A stretch of DNA of 64,000 nucleotides from a virus (Duplodnaviria; Caudoviricetes), in the IMG/VR virus record IMGVR_UViG_3300025295_000098, positions 1 through 64,000 of that record; one strand, written 5' to 3'. Shown here in pieces: positions 16,907 to 25,638 of the stretch (positions within the stretch are counted from its first letter, which is position 1; each line of letters opens with the position of its first letter). A program made the position numbers and the translations under genes. The notes under the pieces were generated by a model, which was not told the origin of the DNA, did no database searches, and saw nothing but the letters and a program-made list of their open reading frames with translations.

Positions 16907-18067
16907 ATGTCCGACGCGCATGGCGTAGCCCGCGACCAACTCCGCGCTTTCATCGAGCGCATTGAACGCCTCGAAGAAGAAAAGAAGACGATCGCCGACG
17001 ACATCAAGGATGTCTACGCCGAGGCCAAGGGCATGGGCTTCATCCCGGCCATGATGAAGAAGGTCATCGCTCTCCGCAAAAAGGACGAGATGGAGCGCAT
17101 GGAAGAGGAGGCGATCCTCGACACCTATCTCCATGCACTCGGCATGATCGCTCAGCATGATCTCTTCGAAGAGCCCACGCGTTCTGTTCCGGCGCACGAT
17201 CCCGAAACCGGCGAGATCCTCGAAGACATCAACCCGCGTCTCGTCAAGCAGGTCGTTGACGGCATGCAGACCGAAGCCGGTCGCAAGGCGCTGATCGCTG
17301 CTGTCGATATCGTGATCGAGCAGGAAGAGGCGGAAGAACAGAATTCGCCGGAAACGGCAACGAAGAGCGGAGTGGGACCGCTCCCCGGCGCAGCTGGAGC
17401 CGATGGCACCCACGAACCAGCAGAGGACGAGCGGGATGTTGAAGCCGCTGGTAGAGCAGCGCTCGTCCTCACCAATTCCCAATCGGATGACGACGCATTC
17501 GCTGAAGTGAAGGGCAGAGCCCGACTTGCGAACGTCAATGACGTTGAACCGTCGTCGTCCGGCCAATCGTCCGATCAACCTCTCACAGGAGGCGATCATG
17601 TAAACGCTGAGCAGAACGCCGCAACCTTGAACAACCGACTGGACGGTGTGTCTGTCCAGTCGGCCGACCGGGTCACCTTCGAAACATGCCCTCGCATGCC
17701 GATGAAGTCCCTGAGCTATGCTCACTGCTTCCCGGAACTGACCAAGACCGAATACCAGTGCCTTGCCGGCGATATCGCCCTCAATGGCGTGCTGGAACCG
17801 ATCATCCGCATGAGAGACATCATCGTCGACGGCTGGAACCGCTACAACGCGGCTCGCTCGCTCGGCATCGAGTACCCCGTGAGGAATTACAGCGGCGACG
17901 ATGTCCTGGTCGACGTCATCTCCTGGCAGCGCGCCGCGCGAAATTGGACGCCTGAGCAGGAGCGCAAGATCGCGGCCACGCTTTCGAAGATCGTCCCGCA
18001 TCGTTCCAACGATATCTGGGCCGCATTTCATCTGGCGCCGACCTCTGGCGAAGTGGTGGCCGCATGA
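16907..18067 (+). CDS. GapR (DUF2312)-like domain fused to a C-terminal ParB/Srx-like domain
   Basis: N-term [35 protein letters not shown]...[10 protein letters not shown]; C-term FPEL...[14 protein letters not shown]...[11 protein letters not shown]. Confidence 0.8.
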   Translation: MSDAHGVARDQLRAFIERIERLEEEKKTIADDIKDVYAEAKGMGFIPAMMKKVIALRKKDEMERMEEEAILDTYLHALGMIAQHDLFEEPTRSVPAHDPETGEILEDINPRLVKQVVDGMQTEAGRKALIAAVDIVIEQEEAEEQNSPETATKSGVGPLPGAAGADGTHEPAEDERDVEAAGRAALVLTNSQSDDDAFAEVKGRARLANVNDVEPSSSGQSSDQPLTGGDHVNAEQNAATLNNRLDGVSVQSADRVTFETCPRMPMKSLSYAHCFPELTKTEYQCLAGDIALNGVLEPIIRMRDIIVDGWNRYNAARSLGIEYPVRNYSGDDVLVDVISWQRAARNWTPEQERKIAATLSKIVPHRSNDIWAAFHLAPTSGEVVAA

Positions 18068-18438
18068 ACGCGAAAGAATTCCGCGAAGCGCTCACCAAGA
18101 TCATGCCCGGTTATGACTGGACGGTCCACAAGACGCCGAAGTCGTTCGCAAGCATAGGCTTGGGCTATCTGGAGGCAACAGGCATCCAGAGCAGCGGCTT
18201 CAATCGCCTTTCCACGCTGTCGGTCGCCCGACGCGAAAAAGATGGCGTCGTCACCTTCGAGGCTAAATCCGCAGGATATGGGACGCGCGCCAAATGGCTG
18301 CACGTCTACACCGACACGACGTTGGCTCGCGCGCTGCGTGGTCTGCAAGACTACTACGAATATATGGCCAACACGTACGGAGGTCACGCCAGGGCCCTCC
18401 AAAATGCGCGGAAAGCAACTGGTGAGGTAGCAGCATGA
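18064..18438 (+). CDS. Hypothetical protein
   Basis: Coupled ORF. Confidence 0.6.
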   Translation: MNAKEFREALTKIMPGYDWTVHKTPKSFASIGLGYLEATGIQSSGFNRLSTLSVARREKDGVVTFEAKSAGYGTRAKWLHVYTDTTLARALRGLQDYYEYMANTYGGHARALQNARKATGEVAA

Positions 18439-18755
18439 TTGACGCTCCTCGCATCCAATCCCGCTCCGAACTGACTGCCATGATCATAGACTTCACGTCG
18501 AAGGGTGGCGCGGTGCGCGAGTTCAAGCGCGGTTTCACCAGCGATTGGAGATACCTGCGGGATCTCCTCCAAGGCTTCGGATACGAAGTGAAGATCGAAA
18601 AGTCCTGGTACATCGTTCGCAAGATCGGCCAGGGAGGTCGCCCGAAGCGCCTCGGCCGGACCGCCGCGATAAAGGCGATCGACGAGATCCTCGTCGCCCA
18701 TGGCCTTCAGCCTTTCATGATCACCAAACACGAATTTTTGGAGGCACGCCCATGA
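18435..18755 (+). CDS. Hypothetical basic protein
   Basis: Coupled ORF. Confidence 0.6.
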   Translation: MIDAPRIQSRSELTAMIIDFTSKGGAVREFKRGFTSDWRYLRDLLQGFGYEVKIEKSWYIVRKIGQGGRPKRLGRTAAIKAIDEILVAHGLQPFMITKHEFLEARP

Positions 18756-18928
18756 CCGCATCCGTAGATGCCGAACGCCGCGTTCAGAAGCAGGCTGTTC
18801 GTTTTGCAACGTTTCACTGCTGCCCGGCATGCGCCCGTGTCCTCTCGATACCCGAAATCATTGAGCGTCACTGCGAGCGCTGCGACGCCGCGACCACGCC
18901 GAAAGAAATAACCGAGGAAGCAGCATGA
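18752..18928 (+). CDS. Small Zn-ribbon protein
   Basis: CPAC...CERC. Confidence 0.6.
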   Translation: MTASVDAERRVQKQAVRFATFHCCPACARVLSIPEIIERHCERCDAATTPKEITEEAA

Positions 18929-19083
18929 GCACGTTTATCGGTCATCTCTGTTTGTGGCTCATCGTCGGACACTTCGCCTTCTGCGTCGTCTTCGCTCTGG
19001 CTGCGGCGCGTGGTTCCAGCCGCATCAGCCGGAATGAAGAGGCTGGCGCCTATCGCAGCAGGCATCCCGCGAACACGAATTGA
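18925..19083 (+). CDS. Small single-TM protein
   Basis: MSTFIGHLCLWLIVGHFAFCVVFALAAA, ATGA-coupled. Confidence 0.5.
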   Translation: MSTFIGHLCLWLIVGHFAFCVVFALAAARGSSRISRNEEAGAYRSRHPANTN

Positions 19084-19253
19084 CGGGTTACCCCCTCCGC
19101 CCGTCACCGCTGGTCCCGGTCATCCTCCTCCCGAGCGCCGGGACCAGCAACCCGAATACGGACCCGCTTATTCGCCAGTCGCATGACGACGGCTTGAGTG
19201 GCGGACCCAAGACTTTCGAAAGGTGCCGAAGCCTCCGGCGGAGAGGCTTCGGC
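19081..19253 (+). ncRNA. Multi-hairpin RNA with anti-SD loops (Cuckoo-like sRNA candidate)
   Basis: TGACGGG/CCCGTCA with loop TTACCCCCTCCG; GCTGGTCCCGG/CCGGGACCAGC with loop CCTCCTCCC (19124-19132); further stems CGAATA/TATTCG and GCCGAAGCCTC/GAGGCTTCGGC. Confidence 0.5.
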
Positions 19254-19436
19254 GGCAGGGCGAGGCGGAACAGACGCCCTGCGAGTGAATGGAATGACGG
19301 CATCCAGGCGGCGGTCTGGGCCGACGACAGAGGGCGAAGGCCCGGCAAGGCTTTCCTCTCTGTCGTCATCGATATCGGTCCTGCGCATCTGAAGCTCCTC
19401 TGAACAAGGGCGAAAGTAACGCAGGGAGTTTCGGAA

Positions 19437-19808
19437 ATGCCCGAAAAGGCTTCGGAGAAATCAGAAATGAGTACCGTTGAGTTTTGTCAGAGAGCTTTGA
19501 GAGAGGAGATTGCGCCTCCCAGTATCGGCGCGAAGCTGGAACGTATCCGGCACGCATCTCGTCAGCTTGGCTGGTCTTACACCAGGACCAAGGACGCTTG
19601 GTACGCCGATCCCAGAATGTCGATCAAGCCCCATGAGCTGTTCCGCGTCGAGGCGGTCAGCGGGCTCACCTATGCACGCGAGGAGATGCGGGAAAATGAC
19701 CGAGCAATCGAAAGAGCCGAGGCTCTCCTCGGCGGGGAGGATACGCGTCTCGTTCGCACGTTGGTTGCTGCGGTACGCGAGGCGCTTGGCCTACGCAATC
19801 GCGCCTGA
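19437..19808 (+). CDS. Hypothetical DNA-binding-like protein
   Basis: ERIRHASRQLGWSYTRTKDAWY, HTH-like. Confidence 0.6.
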   Translation: MPEKASEKSEMSTVEFCQRALREEIAPPSIGAKLERIRHASRQLGWSYTRTKDAWYADPRMSIKPHELFRVEAVSGLTYAREEMRENDRAIERAEALLGGEDTRLVRTLVAAVREALGLRNRA

Positions 19809-19831
19809 GATCAAGGACGAGGGGACGAAAG

Positions 19832-21973
19832 ATGCAGAATAGTGCGCCGTTGATCGTTGATAGCTTCGCAGGTGGCGGCGGTGCGTCGACCGGTATCGAG
19901 ATGGCTCTTGGCCGCTCGCCCGACATCGCGATCAACCACAATGCTGATGCGCTGGCTCTTCACGCTGCCAACCATCCAGAAACGCTGCATCTTTCCGAGA
20001 ATATCTTCAAGGTTGATCCTCTCGATCACGTCGCCGGCAAGCATGTCGGTCTCGCCTGGTTCTCTCCCGACTGCAAACACTTCTCGAAGGCCAAGGGCGG
20101 CAAACCAGTCGAGCGCAACATCCGAGATCTGGCCTGGATCATCGTCCTCTGGGCCGAGCGCGCGAAGCCTGACGTCATCATCATGGAGAACGTCGAGGAG
20201 TGGAAGGAATGGGGTCCGCTTATCGAAACCCCACGCGGGCTGATGCCTTGCCCTGACAGCCGGGGCCAGACCTTCAAGAAGTGGTGCAAGGCGATGAAGC
20301 GGGCTGGTTACAAGCTGCAGCATCGTGAGCTTCGCGCCTGCGATTATGGCGCGCCTACCATCCGCAAGCGGCTCTTCGTCGTCGCGCGTCGAGACGGCCA
20401 GCCGATCGTATGGCCGGAGCCGACCCATGGCGCGCCGACCGATCGCGATGTCATCGCCGGCAAGAAGCTTCCATGGCGCACGGCGGCCGAGATCATCGAC
20501 TGGTCGCTTCCTTGCCCATCGATCTTCGACACTTCAAACGAGATCATGGCGAAGTTCGGTCTCCGCGCGATCCGCCCTCTGGCTGACGCGACGATGGCCC
20601 GCGTTGCCCGCGGCACGAAGCGTTATGTTCTCGATTCAGCGCGGCCGTTTCTCGTCCAAACTGGCTATGGCGAGCGCCGAGGTCAGGATCCTCGGTGCTT
20701 GGATGGTGACGCTCCGCTCGGTACCGTCGTCGCCGGCGGGGTCAAGCATGCGGTCATCTCGCCTTCCGTTACGCGCTTCAACACCGGCGCGACCGGGAGC
20801 GCGATGGACGAGCCTGTTCCGACCGTCACTGCCAACAGCCATATCAAGAAGCCCGGCGGTGCTGCGCCTCTTGGGATGATCGCTCCGAGCCTGTCTGTCT
20901 TCTATGGTTCTGGCGCCGGCGGCAAGGATCGGTCTGCCAGCGCCGAAGAGCCGGTGAGGGTGGTCACGACCGAAAACCGCCATGCGGTGGTCGCGCCGCA
21001 CCTTATGACGATGCGGAATTCTGGCAAGCCGTTCAACGGTGCTGACGAGCCGACACATACGATCACCGCAGGCGGTGCTGGCCTGTCCGTCGTCGCGCCC
21101 GTGCTGACCTATGCCCAGCAGGGAGGTGCAAACCGCTCAGTCGAGGATCCACACCACACCATCACAGCCAGCAAGAAAGACCAGAACGCCGTCATCATCC
21201 CGACGCTGGTCGGATGCGGTGGCCGGGCAGGGCAGTCCCGTCCCCGCGGCGGCGACGAGCCGATGGCTACGGTTACCGCGAAGGCCGACGTCTGCACGGC
21301 CGCCGTCTTTGTCGCCCAGCACAACAACGACAGCCGTCGTATCGGCGGCGTCAATCCCGGCCGGGCGGCTGATGAGCCGATATCGACTGTAACCTCAACC
21401 GGCGCGCAGCAAGGCCTTGTGTCCGCTTTCGTGTCGCGCCAGTTCGGTGTCGGTATCGGCCAGGGGGTCGATGAGCCGTCGGCCACGGTCACTGCGGGTG
21501 TGAACAAGTCGGCGCTCGTCGCTCCGCACCTGCATGCCTACTACGGGTCTGACCAGGACACGCCTGAAGATGAGCCGTTCCACACGCTGACGACGAAGCC
21601 GCGCTTCAGCCACGTCGAGGCTTCAATCAGCGCACCGCCTTTCACCGAAGACCAGCACTCACGGGCGCGCGAAGTAGCGGAATTCCTGCGATCCTATGGC
21701 TTCTGGGATGATCGCCAGTTTGTCACCCTGACCATCGGCGACGCCGAGTTCGTCATCGTCGACATCGGCATGCGCATGCTCACGCCGCGCGAGCTCTACT
21801 CCGCTCAGGGTTTCCCGGTCGATTACAAGATCGACGCCGATGCCAACGGCAGACCTTTTCCGAAGAACGTCCAGGTCTCATGCGTCGGCAATTCCGTGTC
21901 GCCGCCCGTCGCCGCCGCGATCGTGGCCGCCAACTGCAATCACCTCATCGAATATCGCGAGGCGGCCGAATGA
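19832..21973 (+). CDS. C5-cytosine DNA methyltransferase with an expanded repetitive variable region
   Basis: Motif I DSFAGGGG, IV FSPDCKHFS, VI MENV, VIII DYGAPTIRKRLF, IX RMLTPRE, X GNSVSP; about nine D/E-P-x-x-T-(V/I/L)-T repeats. Confidence 0.92.
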   Translation: MQNSAPLIVDSFAGGGGASTGIEMALGRSPDIAINHNADALALHAANHPETLHLSENIFKVDPLDHVAGKHVGLAWFSPDCKHFSKAKGGKPVERNIRDLAWIIVLWAERAKPDVIIMENVEEWKEWGPLIETPRGLMPCPDSRGQTFKKWCKAMKRAGYKLQHRELRACDYGAPTIRKRLFVVARRDGQPIVWPEPTHGAPTDRDVIAGKKLPWRTAAEIIDWSLPCPSIFDTSNEIMAKFGLRAIRPLADATMARVARGTKRYVLDSARPFLVQTGYGERRGQDPRCLDGDAPLGTVVAGGVKHAVISPSVTRFNTGATGSAMDEPVPTVTANSHIKKPGGAAPLGMIAPSLSVFYGSGAGGKDRSASAEEPVRVVTTENRHAVVAPHLMTMRNSGKPFNGADEPTHTITAGGAGLSVVAPVLTYAQQGGANRSVEDPHHTITASKKDQNAVIIPTLVGCGGRAGQSRPRGGDEPMATVTAKADVCTAAVFVAQHNNDSRRIGGVNPGRAADEPISTVTSTGAQQGLVSAFVSRQFGVGIGQGVDEPSATVTAGVNKSALVAPHLHAYYGSDQDTPEDEPFHTLTTKPRFSHVEASISAPPFTEDQHSRAREVAEFLRSYGFWDDRQFVTLTIGDAEFVIVDIGMRMLTPRELYSAQGFPVDYKIDADANGRPFPKNVQVSCVGNSVSPPVAAAIVAANCNHLIEYREAAE

Positions 21974-22170
21974 CCCCTCCCGAAGAGATGATCGCCTGGC
22001 TCGATCGCCGCATCGCCTCCGCCATGACATGGCTCGACGACCACGGCAAAGGCTCTAAGCGTCCTCGTCCTCAGCACGAGATCGAAACGAAGGAATACGA
22101 CATCGCCCGCTTTGAAGAGATCAAGGCGGCGTATGTGAAGGCGCTTGAGCGGAAAGGGCAGGCTACATGA
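21970..22170 (+). CDS. Small hypothetical protein
   Basis: MTPPEEMIAWLDRRI..., coupled on both sides. Confidence 0.6.
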   Translation: MTPPEEMIAWLDRRIASAMTWLDDHGKGSKRPRPQHEIETKEYDIARFEEIKAAYVKALERKGQAT

Positions 22171-22958
22171 GCCAGTCAAACCGGCAGATAAAATTCTATG
22201 TCGGGCTTCACCAGCCGGCGGATGCCAAGCATTTCGATTTGGCCTGCATCAGCATCAATCGCCTGCGTCGGCGGAAGAAGAAGGTTCCGTGTGGCGATGT
22301 CCTAGTCGATAGCGGTGCCTTCACCGAACTTTCAAAGCACGGTGCTTATAGGCACTCGGTCGAGGAATATGCCGCTGAGCTTTATCGGCTCTATAGCACG
22401 GGCGTTGTCCACATCGCCGCGGCGGTCGCTCAAGATTATATGTGTGAGCCCTTCATCCTGGCAAAGACTGGGATGACGATAGAAGATCATCAGCGGTTGA
22501 CGATCGAGCGCTACGACTGGCTGCTCGCCGAGTTGGGCCGGTTGTTCCATGGGAAGGTCCCATTCCACGTCATGCCCGTTCTTCAGGGTTTCGCGCCGCA
22601 GGACTATGCCAATCACGTCCGGATGTATGGCGATAGACTGAAGAACGGCATGTGGGTCGGCGTCGGTTCGGTCTGCAAGCGACAGGGAGATCCCCGGTCG
22701 ATCATCGCCGTTCTGCAGTCGATCTATGCCGCCCGGCCTGATCTTGCTCTGCATGGCTTCGGCGTCAAGAAGACGTCACTGCTCCATCCTGGAGTTTGCG
22801 AATTGCTTTCCACCGCCGACAGCATGGCGTGGAGCTACGCAGCTCGCAAGCAGGACAGGGATTCCAATGATTGGCGCGAGGCGAAATCCTTCGTTGAGAC
22901 GATCCTCGACGCCGCCGGCCAGATTTTCAAGCCATGGCAGTTGGAGATGTTCGCATGA
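22167..22958 (+). CDS. TGT-fold (DpdA-like) base-exchange protein
   Basis: VDSGAF, QDYMCEP, PVLQG, VGVGSVC, LHGFGVK and ADSMAW follow the tRNA-guanine transglycosylase / DpdA motif order. Confidence 0.7.
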   Translation: MSQSNRQIKFYVGLHQPADAKHFDLACISINRLRRRKKKVPCGDVLVDSGAFTELSKHGAYRHSVEEYAAELYRLYSTGVVHIAAAVAQDYMCEPFILAKTGMTIEDHQRLTIERYDWLLAELGRLFHGKVPFHVMPVLQGFAPQDYANHVRMYGDRLKNGMWVGVGSVCKRQGDPRSIIAVLQSIYAARPDLALHGFGVKKTSLLHPGVCELLSTADSMAWSYAARKQDRDSNDWREAKSFVETILDAAGQIFKPWQLEMFA

Positions 22959-23110
22959 TCAGCGCGGCAGATATCGAGAAGGCTTTCAGCGAGCGCGTCC
23001 CGTACGCCATTGCGACCTATAGCGCGGACAGCAAGACCGCCAAGCGCGATCCGTCGAAGGCCGAGATCAAAGCGCGACTACTATCCCTGTTGGAGAGGGT
23101 GGCAGCATGA
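22955..23110 (+). CDS. Small hypothetical protein
   Basis: 51 aa, ATGA-coupled on both sides, ends RVAA; absent from the ORF track. Confidence 0.5.
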   Translation: MISAADIEKAFSERVPYAIATYSADSKTAKRDPSKAEIKARLLSLLERVAA

Positions 23111-24246
23111 TCGAAACCCGCTCCATCCTCGACGGCCGCTGCAAGATCTATGTCGGCGATTGCATCGAGGCTATGCGCTCTATGGCGGCGAACTCGATCG
23201 ACTGTGTCGTTACGTCCCCGCCGTATTGGGGCCTTCGCGACTATGGCGTTGACGGCCAGATCGGCCTTGAACCAACGCTTGGCGAACACCTCGATGTGAT
23301 GGTCGCCGTCTTCCGCGAAATCCGCCGCGTCCTCAAGGCGCATGGCACGGTATGGATGAATTACGGCGATTGCTACGCCGCTCAGCCGAACGGGAAATCC
23401 GCGGCAGCATATAAGGCCGACGGCAGTGACGATCGGACGTTCCGGGATAAGCCGTTCTCGACCGTCGGGCCCATCTACGACCCAAACCATTCGAAAGCGA
23501 GAGGCGCCTTCTCGTCTGGCGATCGTCAGTCCCACATAGAGAGCGGCGGCCGAGTTGTCGCCGGCGGATTCATGAAGCCCAAGGATCTATGCATGATCCC
23601 GAACAGGCTCGCCATCGCTCTTCAAGATGATGGCTGGTGGGTCCGGTCCGAGATCATCTGGAACAAGACCAATCCTAAGCCCGAGTCGATCGACGATCGG
23701 CCTGCCGCCGTTCATGAGAAGATTTTTCTGCTCACCAAAAGCGAGCGGTATTTCTTCGACGCTGAATCGCTGAAGGAGCCGACGACCGGCAACGCTCATG
23801 CTCGCCGCAGAGATGGTCAGTACAAGCCGGCCAAGGGCAGCACAGCAGGACAGAATAGGGAGGGAACGTGGGTTGAGACCTATGTCCCGGATCTCCGCAA
23901 TGGCCGGAACGTCTGGACCTTCAATATCGAGGGTTACCGCGGAGCCCACTTCGCCACATTCCCACGTGAACTAGCCCGTCGCTGCATCTTGGCTGGAACA
24001 CCGAAGACGGTCTGTGGCTGCTGCGGCGCTGCTGAGGGCTGTGGCCCGATCTGCGAAACGTTCGAGCGTCTTCCCGGCGTAGTGCTTGATCCCTTTGGTG
24101 GCTCTGGAACAGTCGCGGTGGTTGCGGAGCAGTATGGCTATCGAAGCGCGTTGATCGAGCTGAAGCCAGAATATGCCGACATCGCGGAGCGCCGCATCAC
24201 CGGCGCGCCTGCCATCTCGCTCGAGAACGAAGAGGAGGCAGCATGA
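23107..24246 (+). CDS. Beta-class amino-methyltransferase (N4-C or N6-A)
   Basis: Motif IV VTSPPYW precedes motif I VLDPFGGSGT. Confidence 0.92.
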   Translation: MIETRSILDGRCKIYVGDCIEAMRSMAANSIDCVVTSPPYWGLRDYGVDGQIGLEPTLGEHLDVMVAVFREIRRVLKAHGTVWMNYGDCYAAQPNGKSAAAYKADGSDDRTFRDKPFSTVGPIYDPNHSKARGAFSSGDRQSHIESGGRVVAGGFMKPKDLCMIPNRLAIALQDDGWWVRSEIIWNKTNPKPESIDDRPAAVHEKIFLLTKSERYFFDAESLKEPTTGNAHARRRDGQYKPAKGSTAGQNREGTWVETYVPDLRNGRNVWTFNIEGYRGAHFATFPRELARRCILAGTPKTVCGCCGAAEGCGPICETFERLPGVVLDPFGGSGTVAVVAEQYGYRSALIELKPEYADIAERRITGAPAISLENEEEAA

Positions 24247-24398
24247 CCTTCCTCGAAGCCTACGGCATCCACGGCCCAGACGTTGAGCGCATCGCCGAAG
24301 CCCTCGGCATCACGCCACCAGAGGCTGATCGCCTCATCAACGAAGCAATGGAGCGTCGGCACCAGCAGCGCGTCCGGCGCAGTTTGAGGCGCGCATGA
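24243..24398 (+). CDS. Small HTH-like protein
   Basis: VERIAEALGITPPEADRLIN; coupled on both sides. Confidence 0.45.
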   Translation: MTFLEAYGIHGPDVERIAEALGITPPEADRLINEAMERRHQQRVRRSLRRA

Positions 24399-25273
24399 CA
24401 AACCCGTACAAAATCGATGGCCCAGCGCTGATCTCCTTCTCCGGCGGACGCACCTCGGCGTACATGCTCTATCAGATCCTGCAGGCGCATGGTGGCGTCC
24501 TCCCTGATGATGTTGTCGTCTGCTTTGCCAACACCGGCAAGGAGCGTGAGGAAACGCTTCGCTTCGTGCATGAGTGTGGCAGCAGGTGGAACGTCAGGAT
24601 CAACTGGCTGGAATTCCGCCTTGGAAAGCCAGGGTTTGAGGAAGTCGGCTTCAACAGCGCCTCCCGTGAGGGAGAACCTTTCGAGCAGCTGATCGCATGG
24701 AAGCAGCGCCTTCCGAACGGCCATGAGCGCTGGTGCACGTCATTCCTTAAGGTGCTGCCGATGTTTGCCAAGATGCGCGATAAGCTCGGGCTTGAGCCTG
24801 GGCAGTATCTCGAATGCATCGGGCTTCGGGATGACGAAGGTCTCCGGATATTCAACGCGATGGCGCAGGGTGAAAAATACGGCCGCCGTATTTTTCACCC
24901 TCTCGCCAAGGCAAAGGTTCGCAAACCGGACATTTGGAAATTCTGGCTTGGCGATAATCGCGATCCGAAGAGCCTTGTCCACCCATTGCCACAGGGCTTC
25001 GATCTCGGTCTCTATCCTTGGGAGGGAAATTGCGACCTCTGCTTCCAAAAGGGCAAAGGCATTCGCAAGCGGTATATCCGCGAAAACCCGAAGTCGCCGC
25101 ATTGGTGGTCTCGTCAGGAGGTCACGCAAAATGGATGGTTCGACAAGCGCGACACGGTCGCCGAACTTATGGAGCAGGTCTGGTTTTCACCGAGCTTCTT
25201 CGACGCCGAATCCGACGATGACATGGAATACGATGTCGAGTGCGGCCTTCACTGCTCGGGAGAAGCCGCATGA
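24395..25273 (+). CDS. PAPS-reductase-like (adenine nucleotide alpha-hydrolase / PP-loop) protein
   Basis: ISFSGGRTSAY, FANTGKE...L.F, R.CT..LK, IGLRDDE, GNCDLCF, C-terminal ECGLHC. Confidence 0.85.
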   Translation: MTNPYKIDGPALISFSGGRTSAYMLYQILQAHGGVLPDDVVVCFANTGKEREETLRFVHECGSRWNVRINWLEFRLGKPGFEEVGFNSASREGEPFEQLIAWKQRLPNGHERWCTSFLKVLPMFAKMRDKLGLEPGQYLECIGLRDDEGLRIFNAMAQGEKYGRRIFHPLAKAKVRKPDIWKFWLGDNRDPKSLVHPLPQGFDLGLYPWEGNCDLCFQKGKGIRKRYIRENPKSPHWWSRQEVTQNGWFDKRDTVAELMEQVWFSPSFFDAESDDDMEYDVECGLHCSGEAA

Positions 25274-25638
25274 CGCGTGTTGTCTCCTTCGAACTTCCCA
25301 TGCCGCCGTCGGTAAACAAAATGTATTCGAACCTTCCAGGCAAAGGCCGTGTGAAGACGAAGGAAGCTCGTCAGTGGGCATTTGAAGCCGGCTGGATGCT
25401 TATCGCTCAACGAAACCGCCTTGGCTCTCACAGGTGCTTTCTCGGTCCAGTCGAGGTCCATGTTGCTGCTTATCGCCCAGCCAGCAAGCGCAGGGACTTG
25501 GACAACATCCTGAAAGCATTGCTGGATTTACTCACCTCAACGAAGACGATCGGCGATGATAGCCAGGTCGTCGCCATCAATGCGAGATGGGTGGAAGAGG
25601 GCGTTCCCTGCACTGTGACGGTGAGGGATGCCGCATGA
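25270..25638 (+). CDS. rusA: RusA Holliday junction resolvase
   Basis: PPSVN...RRDLDNILKALLD...DDSQV. Confidence 0.9.
   Translation: MTRVVSFELPMPPSVNKMYSNLPGKGRVKTKEARQWAFEAGWMLIAQRNRLGSHRCFLGPVEVHVAAYRPASKRRDLDNILKALLDLLTSTKTIGDDSQVVAINARWVEEGVPCTVTVRDAA

Noticed and set aside
24395-25273. DNA phosphorothioation (dnd/ssp) system or a true QueC
   Set aside because: No DndA/B/D/E or Ssp partners in the window; the SGGRTS/NTGKE pattern is PAPS-reductase-like rather than QueC (SGGxDS with its C-terminal Zn motif)
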